The position numbers and the translations under genes were made by a program. Below are positions 44,662 to 54,449 of a stretch of 61,506 nt of DNA, in pieces. The notes beneath the pieces were generated by a model. That model was not told the origin of the DNA and did no database searches. It saw only the letters and a program-made list of their open reading frames with translations. Each line of letters begins with the position of its first letter. Positions within the stretch are counted from its first letter, which is position 1. Source of the DNA: a bacterium (lineage in GTDB: Bacteria > Patescibacteriota > Minisyncoccia > Phycocordibacterales > UBA5272); contig JAYSUJ010000038.1 of assembly GCA_043719155.1 (NCBI GenBank), forward strand, positions 1 to 61,506, given 5' to 3'.

Positions 44662-45729
44662 TTACAAAATAGTTTTAAGTTGAGCTACAAGTTTTTCCAA
44701 GCTTTGCTTTTCTATTATCTCGTTTTTGGCTTTTTTGACCATTTCCATCAATTCACCTTTTGGGAGTGCAAGTGCAAATTTTAACTTTTCAGCAAGTGAG
44801 TCCGAGCTGTCTTGTTCAACTTTCAGAACCTCCCCCAAAACAGGTGCGAGCATTTCGTTGAAATCGGCTGAGGTAGTTAGTGGCAAACACCCCGCTGCCA
44901 GGGCCTTGAATATTGTTTTGTCCAACATGCCGCTTTTAGCAACGTTTACATAAATCTCGTGCGACAGATAGTATTTATAAGTTTCTCCACTTGGGACTGG
45001 TCCAATAAACTTTACATTTTCAGAAAGATTTAAATCTTTTTTTAATTTAAAAATCTCCTGTTCATAGTTTGGAAACTTATCTTTACTGGTACCGCCCACA
45101 AAGCTAGTTGTAAAATTGACTTTGCCATTTTGCAAGTTAGCCAAAGCTTTTAAAATTATTTCTGGTTTTTTAGACGGGTCCAGGCGGGCGAGCGACAAAA
45201 TTGAATTTGCAGCTCTCTCAATTTTGTCGCCAGTAATAAGTGAGTCGACATCGACACCTACGGGCATTTGTATTGCATTCTTAAACCTGGCATTGTATGA
45301 AGACTTTGAGGTAAAAAAAGTTTTATCCATAAATTTGCAAGCTAGCTTTGTTAGAAAGTTGCCAGCATAATGGTTTCTCCAGAGATAGGTCTTTTTACTA
45401 AAAAGTTTCCAAATAGGTCCACCTAAAATAGCATACTCCTGTGACTGATGAATGAAAACTGAGTCATAGTTTTTCAAATTTTGAATTATATAAAAATAAA
45501 AATTGAAAATGTAATTTATTTTGACAAAAAAAGAGTCAGTTTCTTTTACTTTACCCAAAGAATATACTTTTGTGTTTTCAAGAAAATCGTATTCACCTAC
45601 TTTTAAAGCAACCACTGTCACCTGCTCGTAGTTTTTTGACAATTCTAAAATCCATTTATGGAAAAACCCAAGTGTTGCAGATTTTTTATCCACTTCCTGA
45701 CAGCAAATTAGTATTTTTTTAGGGCTCAT
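44662..45729 (-). CDS. GT4-family glycosyltransferase
   Basis: GT-B architecture with C-terminal KSGMLDKTIFKALAAGCLPL motif. Confidence 0.7.
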   Translation of the reverse strand: MSPKKILICCQEVDKKSATLGFFHKWILELSKNYEQVTVVALKVGEYDFLENTKVYSLGKVKETDSFFVKINYIFNFYFYIIQNLKNYDSVFIHQSQEYAILGGPIWKLFSKKTYLWRNHYAGNFLTKLACKFMDKTFFTSKSSYNARFKNAIQMPVGVDVDSLITGDKIERAANSILSLARLDPSKKPEIILKALANLQNGKVNFTTSFVGGTSKDKFPNYEQEIFKLKKDLNLSENVKFIGPVPSGETYKYYLSHEIYVNVAKSGMLDKTIFKALAAGCLPLTTSADFNEMLAPVLGEVLKVEQDSSDSLAEKLKFALALPKGELMEMVKKAKNEIIEKQSLEKLVAQLKTIL

Positions 45730-45739
45730 GTATTTTGGA

Positions 45740-46777
45740 TTATAGCAAATTTTTTATTACTTTTTTTAGGTCTGCCACATCAAAACCTTCGGCTATATAC
45801 CCATTTTGCCCATCAACCACCACTTCACCAGCACACCCCACATCTGTCATAATGACTTTCGTACCACATAAAACACTTTCGACTGCCGTCAAACCCCAGC
45901 CCTCATACAAAGAAGGTAGCAGGAAAAATCTGGATTCATAATATTCTTTTACCGGGTCTAAAGTCCAGTCAGCCCAAGTTATAAAACTGTTTTGTGAGTC
46001 CTTCTGAGTGGAAAATTTTTCTTGTAAAACTTGTTTCAAACTACCGCTACCAACTATTTTGAGAGAGAGCGGCGGCGAAGCCGCCGCTCTCTCTTTTTGT
46101 ATTTCTTTATTTATTTCCTTAATAGCCAAAATAACATTTTCAATATTTTTTACTTTTTCTATTCTGGACATAATTAAAAAATCTACTTTTTTTTCAAGTT
46201 CCTTTCCACTCTCTTGAAGCTTAAATTTACTTTTATCTGTTTCTATCTGTTGTATATAAATTTTGCTTTCCGCAATGTTTAACTTAGCTACCAGATAGTT
46301 TTGCATCCTCTTAGAAACCACCCGTATTTTATCTGCCCTTCTAAACACAAAAAGTGAAAGTAAATATTGAAAACAATTTCGCACACTTTCTTTTCTAAAA
46401 TTTACAGAACTGGTATCTGTATGCATTTGCATTAAGAATTCTGTTACGGATGTGGTTAAAAACTTACAAAGAAAATAACAAATAAAACCTATTTCAAATG
46501 GGTCTTGGGAACTGATTGTTACACTTTCTTTTTTTGATATTTTTAAAGTCTTTATGTTTTTTATTAAATTTAAAATTTGTAGTAATTTATTTGCACCATA
46601 TATTGGCCATACTTCAAAATTGTCTTCCACTATTTTCAGAGCATTTTTATTTTTCGTAAATATAAAACAGATGTATTTTCCAATCTCTCTTTCTTTTGAG
46701 TATTTTTTTATACGCTCAAAAACTCTTCCTCCTTTTTTAAAAAGCTTTTCCTCGGTGCCTACAGAGATTAAAATCAT
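45740..46777 (-). CDS. GT4-family glycosyltransferase carrying an in-frame GC-rich palindrome
   Basis: PSLYEGWGLTAVESVLCGTKVI (EX7E) motif. Confidence 0.7.
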   Translation of the reverse strand: MILISVGTEEKLFKKGGRVFERIKKYSKEREIGKYICFIFTKNKNALKIVEDNFEVWPIYGANKLLQILNLIKNIKTLKISKKESVTISSQDPFEIGFICYFLCKFLTTSVTEFLMQMHTDTSSVNFRKESVRNCFQYLLSLFVFRRADKIRVVSKRMQNYLVAKLNIAESKIYIQQIETDKSKFKLQESGKELEKKVDFLIMSRIEKVKNIENVILAIKEINKEIQKERAAASPPLSLKIVGSGSLKQVLQEKFSTQKDSQNSFITWADWTLDPVKEYYESRFFLLPSLYEGWGLTAVESVLCGTKVIMTDVGCAGEVVVDGQNGYIAEGFDVADLKKVIKNLL

Positions 46778-46797
46778 ACTTAACTAAATTATACACC

Positions 46798-47760
46798 TTA
46801 TCTCTCGATAAGTTTCATAATCAATTTTACAATATTTTCCTTGTATTCTGGGTTGCTTTCAGCCACTAAAATAGTGAAGGCTGTCAAGGCAGAAGGAGAG
46901 ACTTTACCCATGTCCAGCCTTTTGTTTTGTTCCAGATACCAAACAAAAGCAAATGCCCCACTCCTTTTATTGCCATCTGCAAAGGGGTGGTTTTTGATTA
47001 TGAAGTACAGTAGGTGGGCCGCTTTTTCTTCTACACTACCATACACATGTTTGCCACCAAAGCTTTGCATCACATTGCCCACTATCCCCTCCAAACTTTC
47101 TTTGTTTCTATCGGTCGCAAAAAGGTGTGTTGCTTCACCCTTTTTTATTAAAGTTTTTTTCAAATTTTCTATAGCCAATTTTAAATCACTAGCCACCAAG
47201 TCCACCTTGCTTTTAGTGACTTTTTTAAGTTCTAAATTTTGCTTATCGTATGAGTCGAGAGACAGCCAAGTATTTGCAAAAAGCTTTATAAGGTCAATGG
47301 TGTCTGAACTTTTTAAACTTTCTGCATTCTCTGGCAAAACTTTTTTAATTTCTTCTATCGTTTCTAGAAATTTTTCATAGTTTGCAGCTATTCTGCTTTT
47401 ATCTACAGTAAAACCATCTATTACATGAGTTTTTAGGACTTTTGTCGCCCATTGGCGAAATTCAGTCGCTTTTTTACTGTTTACCCTATAACCAACAGAG
47501 ATGATTGTGTCTAAACTATATATGTTCATTTCTCTAGATTTTCCATCTTTTGCAACCTGTGTAATTTTTGCACAGGTTGATTTTTCGTCCAACTCACCTT
47601 CTTTGTATATATTTTTAACATGTTTCACTACGACAGTTCTGTCAACATTGAAAATCTGGGCCATTTCATGAGCGTCAAGCCATAAGTTTTTCTCTTTTAT
47701 AAAAAAATTTACAGGTACATTAAATGTTTTATTGTAAATCGTAATTTTGTCATTTTTCAT
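46798..47760 (-). CDS. RhuM-like N-terminal domain fused to Doc/Fic domain
   Basis: N-terminus LDAHEMAQIF...YSLDTIISVGYRVNSKKATEFRQWATKVL is RhuM-like. The C-terminus has the intact motif HPFADGNKRSG. Confidence 0.7.
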   Translation of the reverse strand: MKNDKITIYNKTFNVPVNFFIKEKNLWLDAHEMAQIFNVDRTVVVKHVKNIYKEGELDEKSTCAKITQVAKDGKSREMNIYSLDTIISVGYRVNSKKATEFRQWATKVLKTHVIDGFTVDKSRIAANYEKFLETIEEIKKVLPENAESLKSSDTIDLIKLFANTWLSLDSYDKQNLELKKVTKSKVDLVASDLKLAIENLKKTLIKKGEATHLFATDRNKESLEGIVGNVMQSFGGKHVYGSVEEKAAHLLYFIIKNHPFADGNKRSGAFAFVWYLEQNKRLDMGKVSPSALTAFTILVAESNPEYKENIVKLIMKLIER

Positions 47761-47865
47761 ATGAAATTAGTATAACAAAGGCATTCAACCTGTGCAAGTA
47801 CGGAACAGGTTCAGCTATTGCTTTTTGGCCTCACAAAACGTTAAGCACATGATATAATTTACCGT

Positions 47866-49023
47866 ATGAAAAAAAAGCTGCTTTTAGCTACTCCAATTTA
47901 CCACCCAGACATAGGCGGACCTGCCACTTATGTAAAAGAGCTGGTTGAAAAGCTGGGAGATATTTATGACATATCTATTCTGACCTTTGGTGACCAGCTT
48001 TCACCTATTTTCCCAAACAGTAAACTTTTTTATGTTAACAAAAATTTATTTTTACCCATTAGACTTACTATTTATTTTTTAAAAAGCCTGAGACACGTCT
48101 ACACAAATGATTTAGTTTATGTGCAAAATGCTGTGGCAGCAGGCCTTCCGATTGCCCTTACTTGTAAAATTTTAAACAGAAAATTTCTTTTAAAATTTGT
48201 TGGCGACGAGGCCTGGGAAAGATCTGCCCAAAATGGGGACACCGAAAAAAAACTAGAGGACTTTTACTTGAACCCAGACAAAAACTTGCGTACTAAAATT
48301 TTTCTACAAATACAAAAGTTTGTTTTGCAGCAAGCCACAATTGTGACTACCCCCTCAAAATATTTGAGAGAAAGTATAATGAATTTCTATCAATTAAATC
48401 CAGATAAAACCTTAACCAATTACAACGCCTCGAACTTTGAAGTTTTAGATCACAGGGAATTGCAAAAAAATAATCATCAAATCATTACCACCGCCAGACT
48501 CACAAAGTTCAAAGGTGTTGATGGCATAATCCACGCTGTCAAAATCTTAAAAGAAAAATATAGTGATATTAATTTTGTAATTTGTGGAGAAGGCCCCGAA
48601 CTAGAAAATTTAACAAACTTAACAAAGGCACTAGACCTTGAAAGTAATGTTAAATTTTTAGGTAAAGTATCTCGTGATGAAACTTACAGACACAGAAAAG
48701 AGTCTGTGGTCTATGTTTTAAACTCTATCTATGAAGGTCTTCCCCATACTGCCCTCTCAACTTTTCAGGCTGAAATCCCCATTATTGCTACCAACATAGC
48801 CGGCACAAAAGAAGCTGTTTATGACAACGTCTCTGGTTTACTGGTTGAGCCAAACAATCCACAGATGCTTGCTGAAAAAATAAAAATAATCTTTGAGGAT
48901 TTTAATGCTGATAGAAAACTCTGTAACAAACTAGTTGCCGGCGGGACAAAGATATTGCATGAAAAATTCTCTTGGGAAAAACACATTGATAACCTTAAAA
49001 ACTTTTTTTTAAAAATTTCTTAA
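47866..49023 (+). CDS. GT4-family glycosyltransferase
   Basis: NSIYEGLPHTALSTFQAEIPIIAT motif. A TATAAT box lies 7 nt upstream of the ATG. Confidence 0.8.
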   Translation: MKKKLLLATPIYHPDIGGPATYVKELVEKLGDIYDISILTFGDQLSPIFPNSKLFYVNKNLFLPIRLTIYFLKSLRHVYTNDLVYVQNAVAAGLPIALTCKILNRKFLLKFVGDEAWERSAQNGDTEKKLEDFYLNPDKNLRTKIFLQIQKFVLQQATIVTTPSKYLRESIMNFYQLNPDKTLTNYNASNFEVLDHRELQKNNHQIITTARLTKFKGVDGIIHAVKILKEKYSDINFVICGEGPELENLTNLTKALDLESNVKFLGKVSRDETYRHRKESVVYVLNSIYEGLPHTALSTFQAEIPIIATNIAGTKEAVYDNVSGLLVEPNNPQMLAEKIKIIFEDFNADRKLCNKLVAGGTKILHEKFSWEKHIDNLKNFFLKIS

Positions 49024-49991
49024 ATTTTATTATTTTCTTTATACCAAACAACAAACTTTTTAATACCGTCTTCAAACTTGGTCTTTGGTTTCCAATTTAA
49101 AATTCTTAAAGCTTTTTTTGTGTTAGCATGAGTATTTTCCACTGAGGCAGAGTGAGACATTCTGGAAACCACCTTGGCTTTTAGTCCTAAAACTTTTTCT
49201 GTCATTTTCAACAGATCTTTTAGGGCAACTGGTGAAGAGTTGCCAATATTCAAAACCTCGAAACCCACTTTCTTTGCAATACTTTTATTAACAGCATCTA
49301 CTATGTCTCCTACGTAGGTATAGTCACGCTTACGTATCCCCTTGCCAGAAATTTCTACCGTCTGTCCATTTAGAATAGTTTTTACCCATTTATACAAAAC
49401 CAAGTTTGGTCTCATCCTAGGGCCGTAGGCATTGAAAATACGCAAAACAACAATGGGCATTTTAAAGTTATGATGATAGGTGTGAGCTAAAACTTCCCCA
49501 GCTTTTTTGGTTGCTCCGTAAGGAGAAATAGCAAAGTCGGCCTGCATCTCCTCCGTAAACGGAGCCTTGTTTTTGTTTCCATACACAGACGACGAAGAAA
49601 AGAAAATTAATTTATTAACTTCAACATTTTTAGCAGACTCTAGTAAATTCAAAGTGCCGGTTATATTTGTATCTATATATTTGTGAGGCTCTAAAACCGC
49701 ATTTCTGGTGTCAGCAATCGCTGCTAGATGCACCACCACAGACGGTTTGTATTTTTGAAATATCTCCTCTACTTTTTTTCCATCTTTTAAATCTACCTCA
49801 AAAAATACCAACTTTGCATTGCTTAAATTGTGTCTGATATTTATTTTCTTGTCATCACTCTCCACGGGAAGAGTGAGATTGTCTATGACTATGACTTTTC
49901 CCCATTTTTTGTTCTTTAATACATCGTCCAAAAAATGCGAGCCAATAAAACCTGCCCCACCTGTTATCAAAATAGTTTTTTCGTTGGACAT
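49020..49991 (-). CDS. NAD-dependent sugar epimerase/dehydratase (SDR)
   Basis: GGAGFIGSH Rossmann motif, SSSSVYG, and YGATK (YxxxK). Confidence 0.85.
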   Translation of the reverse strand: MSNEKTILITGGAGFIGSHFLDDVLKNKKWGKVIVIDNLTLPVESDDKKINIRHNLSNAKLVFFEVDLKDGKKVEEIFQKYKPSVVVHLAAIADTRNAVLEPHKYIDTNITGTLNLLESAKNVEVNKLIFFSSSSVYGNKNKAPFTEEMQADFAISPYGATKKAGEVLAHTYHHNFKMPIVVLRIFNAYGPRMRPNLVLYKWVKTILNGQTVEISGKGIRKRDYTYVGDIVDAVNKSIAKKVGFEVLNIGNSSPVALKDLLKMTEKVLGLKAKVVSRMSHSASVENTHANTKKALRILNWKPKTKFEDGIKKFVVWYKENNKI

Positions 49992-50079
49992 ATAACCTTT
50001 AATACAGAGAATTATAGCATAAAATTACCTGACCCCTGACGTTTGTGTAGACAGTGTTTTTAACATATAATAATTACAT

Positions 50080-50793
50080 ATGTTAGTTAATCTAAAAATG
50101 AGATTATTTGAGTCTTTACAATTTTTTTACAAAAAAAGATTTAAATCATTCTTCATGACAAAAGTCATCCACAAATACATAGAAAATTTTAACACTCCAA
50201 ATGGGGAGGATTTAATTTACAGAGACTTTCAACTTAGCAGTGAGAGTCGCCACCGAAATCACCAAACACCCCTTAGTCAACTTAGATTTTTAGAAATTTT
50301 CCTAACAAACCTTAGTCCCAAAAATATACTTGAGGTTGGCACATTCGTTGGTTACACCACCTATAGACTTGCTAAATATTTTCCAAATTGCCAAGTCACC
50401 ACAATTGAAAAAGAACACAAGTACGCTGCATCTGCTCAGGTAATGTGGAAAAAATATTGCCCAACCTCAGAAATCGAAATTAAAGAAGGCGACGGAAAAC
50501 TTGTCCTAAAGCAACTAATCTTAGACCAGAAACAGTTTGATTGTATTTATATCGATGCTAACAAATCTGAGTATATAGAATATTTTAAGTCAGCACTACA
50601 ACTAAGAAGCCCAAAGGGTTATATAATCGTTGACAACGTCCTTTGGGCTGGACTAACTGCTTACCCAAACACCAGTTTTTCACACCCAAAGATCATGAAC
50701 GACTTGGTCGAGTTAGTAAAATCTCTCGAGCTAGAATTTTCAATTATCCCAGCCTGGGATGGATTACTCATTTGCCAACCTTCAGATAAGTAG
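50080..50793 (+). CDS. Class I (cation-dependent type) O-methyltransferase
   Basis: LEVGTFVGYTT motif I and CIYIDANKSEY. Confidence 0.7.
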   Translation: MLVNLKMRLFESLQFFYKKRFKSFFMTKVIHKYIENFNTPNGEDLIYRDFQLSSESRHRNHQTPLSQLRFLEIFLTNLSPKNILEVGTFVGYTTYRLAKYFPNCQVTTIEKEHKYAASAQVMWKKYCPTSEIEIKEGDGKLVLKQLILDQKQFDCIYIDANKSEYIEYFKSALQLRSPKGYIIVDNVLWAGLTAYPNTSFSHPKIMNDLVELVKSLELEFSIIPAWDGLLICQPSDK

Positions 50794-50814
50794 TATTATA
50801 TAGGTATAAAATAC

Positions 50815-52029
50815 ATGAGAGAGAAAAACACCGGGACTGTACTTTTAAAAAATATGAACGCAGAAGTGCTTAAGAACTGGAAACAGCAATTTGGAAAGAA
50901 GCCGTATTTGGAATCAGTCTGGAGAAGAACCCAAGAAAGCTACAATACAAATAAATCGGGGTGGAAAAGTGAAGAGGACTTTCGAAGACGCATGGTCCAG
51001 TTTAAGTATGATTTTGCAGTCATTAAACAAGAAGGGAGTAATAATTTGATTTGCAAGAAGATGTTTATCTGGCTACATCTTTCCCTTCCAAAAGTTGAAC
51101 TTGAAAAATATCTAAAGAGAAACATAGATATTCTTAAAAAGAATAGATACACAGAAAATGATGCTGACATATTTACTAAAAAAGAATACACTGTTTCATT
51201 CAAAAAAAATATCCCAAGTAAACTAGACCTTGAAAATGGAACACAAGAAAAATTTACCAAGAAAGGCTATGAGACCTTAGAAATGTTAATTAGTAATTAT
51301 GAAGTTCGGGAGACAGCTCTGGGAAAGCCCTGGGAAACGCTGGAGGTTGGTTATAGAAAAATCTTGAAATCAGGTACTCCTGAAATAAAACCACTTTCTG
51401 TCGATTTGATCGAGCAGTACTTGCCCGCTGAAGTAGAGATCGGCTCTGGTGCGTCATACGAAATAGGTGTTCCACCTCTACACAACTTGCACCACTATTT
51501 TTATGTAAGTGACGAAGGTAAAAATTTTTACCTTGGGGGAGATAATGACAATCTCTTAAAAGACTTTAGTGACAATGAAGATATTTTTTTAAAGAAAACT
51601 TGTAAAGTGGTAACTAAATCCATCAAGGTAAAAGAGGGTGTTTTTCTTAAAAACTTGTACAAAATGTATAAGCAAAAAAAGTTTATAGGCAAGATAAACG
51701 TTAACAGCTTTGATGGATTACACTTAAGGAGCGGGTTAATTAAAGAGAAATTCCTGAGAGAATGGAGCAAAGACAAACTTCGCCCAATCTTTGAAAGACA
51801 AAAAAAATCAAAGGCCCTGTTTGTAGTTGGTTTACATGCCGATAGGCGACAAACTCAGCAATATGCAAGAGAACAAGGTTTGCAGATAATCCATATTGAT
51901 TCTGAGGGTTTTGAAAAAGATACTTTTATCAAGAACTACGCAAAGGAGTCCCTACAAGATGGAGATATTTTAATCCGAGCAAAAGCTTCTGAATTTGGGA
52001 AGGTTCTAGCTAAAATCCTTAAAAAATAA
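50815..52029 (+). CDS. Divergent SIR2-like (sirtuin-fold) protein, paralog 1, with unknown N-terminal domain
   Basis: EIGSGASYEIGVPPL compares with GAGxSxxxGIPxFR. INVNSFDGLHLRSG compares with TQNIDGLHxRAG. FVVGLHADRR is also present. No Cys4 zinc module. Confidence 0.55.
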   Translation: MREKNTGTVLLKNMNAEVLKNWKQQFGKKPYLESVWRRTQESYNTNKSGWKSEEDFRRRMVQFKYDFAVIKQEGSNNLICKKMFIWLHLSLPKVELEKYLKRNIDILKKNRYTENDADIFTKKEYTVSFKKNIPSKLDLENGTQEKFTKKGYETLEMLISNYEVRETALGKPWETLEVGYRKILKSGTPEIKPLSVDLIEQYLPAEVEIGSGASYEIGVPPLHNLHHYFYVSDEGKNFYLGGDNDNLLKDFSDNEDIFLKKTCKVVTKSIKVKEGVFLKNLYKMYKQKKFIGKINVNSFDGLHLRSGLIKEKFLREWSKDKLRPIFERQKKSKALFVVGLHADRRQTQQYAREQGLQIIHIDSEGFEKDTFIKNYAKESLQDGDILIRAKASEFGKVLAKILKK

Positions 52030-52042
52030 CCCACCCACCCAC

Positions 52043-53257
52043 ATGAAACTACCCCTTGTTTTATCGAGCCGGGACAGAAAAATCGGACTTACTAGATGGA
52101 AAAAACAATTTGCAAAGAACCCCAGGCAAGAGGTTATCTGGAGAAGAAACCAAATACCAGCAAACAAAGACATTTCAAACTGGAAAACAGCAGAGGATTC
52201 TAGGTGGCGTATCTTACATGCAATAGACTCATACTCACTCAAAACAAACGGATTGAAGCAGGTAAATTTCTGTTTGAAAAGTATGTATCTTTGTATTAAC
52301 CACTGTTTACCAAGACAAGAATTAGCTGAGGTTTATAGTAACGCACTTAAGCAAATTGAATCCAGAAATTTTAAAGAAATAAAGACTCTACACAAAACTG
52401 TTTTTAAAAAAAAAGACCTCAGAGTAGAAGTGACACACTTAGACACACAAGAAAAGAAGGACAAATTTTATCCAAACATTTCCCCTAATTACGAAATCTT
52501 GGATATTAAACTTTTTTTTGGGAAAAATAAACTTACAATAGAAAAAAAGTCGTCTCCGTGGATGGCTCTCAAGAGTGGTATAAGAGTCAGAAAAGAAAGA
52601 GGAAAACCAACTTATACAAAATCAATTCGGGAAATCCAAAAATATTTACCTTGCCAAGTAGAATTAGGCAGTGGAGTTTCAACTGAACTTGGTATACCCC
52701 CTATAAATTATTTATACGACACATATCAGGTTACCAACAGAGAAACAGGAAAACTAATTTTCGGCATTGAAGACACCCTATTTGAAAAAATTATCAATGA
52801 CGTAGAGAGTTTCCTGCAAAAAACCTCCAAGGTAATGGTTTCTGCCTGGGAAGCAAATGAGAACTCTATTTTTTATATGCTACTTAAAAAAGGTATTGAG
52901 AAAGGGGTTTTTCTGCAGCCAATTATAACCAACAACTACGATAATATACTTAAGCTTCATAACATAAAAATAAATACCATTCGTAGATTTGACGAGAAAA
53001 AGGTGGACACTTTTCGTTTTCACCCAAAGGCTAAATCACTTCTAGTTATAGGGGTTCACGCTGACAGAAGAAATATCCATGATCTAGCTAGAAAATCAGG
53101 TCTCAAAGTAATTTTTGTCGACCCGGAGGTTTACTTAGAAAGCTCTGGCAGGCAAACCAAATATCAACTTGAATCCCCCCAAGATGGGGATCTCATATTC
53201 AACCTTACGGCGTCAGAGTTTGCAAAGATATTTAGCCAGGAAATTATTGATATCTAG
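52043..53257 (+). CDS. Divergent SIR2-like (sirtuin-fold) protein, paralog 2
   Basis: ELGSGVSTELGIPPI, IITNNYDNILKLH, LVIGVHADRR. Same 404 aa length as paralog 1 and colinear with it. Confidence 0.55.
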   Translation: MKLPLVLSSRDRKIGLTRWKKQFAKNPRQEVIWRRNQIPANKDISNWKTAEDSRWRILHAIDSYSLKTNGLKQVNFCLKSMYLCINHCLPRQELAEVYSNALKQIESRNFKEIKTLHKTVFKKKDLRVEVTHLDTQEKKDKFYPNISPNYEILDIKLFFGKNKLTIEKKSSPWMALKSGIRVRKERGKPTYTKSIREIQKYLPCQVELGSGVSTELGIPPINYLYDTYQVTNRETGKLIFGIEDTLFEKIINDVESFLQKTSKVMVSAWEANENSIFYMLLKKGIEKGVFLQPIITNNYDNILKLHNIKINTIRRFDEKKVDTFRFHPKAKSLLVIGVHADRRNIHDLARKSGLKVIFVDPEVYLESSGRQTKYQLESPQDGDLIFNLTASEFAKIFSQEIIDI

Positions 53258-53303
53258 TAATTTTAGCGAGTTAGATCTGTACTAAATGTAGTATAATATT
53301 CTC

Positions 53304-54449
53304 GTGAAGATCCTAATAGCTACCCCAATATTCCACCCTGAGAACCATAGAATAACTAACTTTGTTAGTAGTTTTTATGATTTTGCAAAAAAAGATAACA
53401 GCGTACACGTTGTGGCTTTTGGGAAGGCCCACACAAGCAGTGATTCAAACATCAACATTATCAATAAGCGTGAAAATATGATTGTTAGAAATTTAAAATT
53501 TATTTTTTCAATCATAAAAAATAGGGACGTGGATTTTATTTTTTGCCAAAATGCTATTACAGCAGCAATTCCCTCATTGATTGTAGCAAAAATTTTCAAG
53601 ATAAAACTTGTGGTAAATTTTAGTAATGACGAAATTTACGAAAGGTTTTTATTTTTACATAAAAATAACATCAGTTTAGAAGATTTTTATAAAAAACAAC
53701 CCACGCTAAACATAGGTTTTTACCTGAGATTCCTGACTTCGATTCAAAAAAATATTTTAAAATTTGCGGATGTTGTAGTTGTGCCTAACGATTACTTTAA
53801 AAGAATATTTTGCGAAAAATACCAGCTAAAGCTGAGCAACTTTGTCACAATTTATCCATTTATAAGCGATAAAAATGAATCACCATTTGAAACCACCAAA
53901 GATTTGTTTTCATTAATGACTTCTGTTGCATTGCAAAGCAACGCGGAATCAGAGGTTAAAAACCTAATTTTGGCCATAAAGAAACTTCATAAAGTCTATC
54001 CTAATTTAAAATTAAATATTTTTGGAGATGGAAGTTCAAAGGAATTTCTTATTAATTTTTCCATAAAAAACCAGACGAATACTTTTATTTATTTTCATGG
54101 CAAAGTTTCGAATACAGAACTAACGCATTACAAAAAAATGTCGAGCACATTTATCTTATTATTTCCCTCGGTCAGAAACTTTTTTAATTTATTTGAAAAT
54201 TTTGAGTACAGAACTATCTCACTTTTTAGTAGCAATAGAATTGCCCAAGAGCACATAATGAATCTAAAAAATGGCTTAATGTTTGACCCTGAAAATCCGA
54301 ACGACCTTGAGGAAAAAATATCTCAAATCCTAGTTGACAAAAAATTGCGAGATGCGGTCTTGGAAAATTCAGCTCGCGAGCTTGAGCGCACCTACAATTT
54401 GAATAAGTATTTGAGCTGCTTATTAAATATAGTTAAAAAACAAATATGA
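53304..54449 (+). CDS. GT4-like glycosyltransferase with degenerate C-terminal motif
   Basis: The N-terminus parallels 47866..49023 (ILIATPIFHPE vs LLLATPIYHPD). The EX7E region is not recognisable. GTG start with TATAAT 6 nt upstream. Confidence 0.55.
   Translation: MKILIATPIFHPENHRITNFVSSFYDFAKKDNSVHVVAFGKAHTSSDSNINIINKRENMIVRNLKFIFSIIKNRDVDFIFCQNAITAAIPSLIVAKIFKIKLVVNFSNDEIYERFLFLHKNNISLEDFYKKQPTLNIGFYLRFLTSIQKNILKFADVVVVPNDYFKRIFCEKYQLKLSNFVTIYPFISDKNESPFETTKDLFSLMTSVALQSNAESEVKNLILAIKKLHKVYPNLKLNIFGDGSSKEFLINFSIKNQTNTFIYFHGKVSNTELTHYKKMSSTFILLFPSVRNFFNLFENFEYRTISLFSSNRIAQEHIMNLKNGLMFDPENPNDLEEKISQILVDKKLRDAVLENSARELERTYNLNKYLSCLLNIVKKQI

Noticed and set aside
46841-47380. 179-aa plus-strand ORF, with similar antisense ORFs elsewhere: 367..627, 2013..2372, 13954..14310, 22355..22741, 31772..32146, 36133..36447, 50940..51260
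   Set aside because: All are fully embedded antisense to genes with clear family motifs. They have Ser/Leu/Phe/Lys-rich shadow-ORF composition and no promoter or start context.
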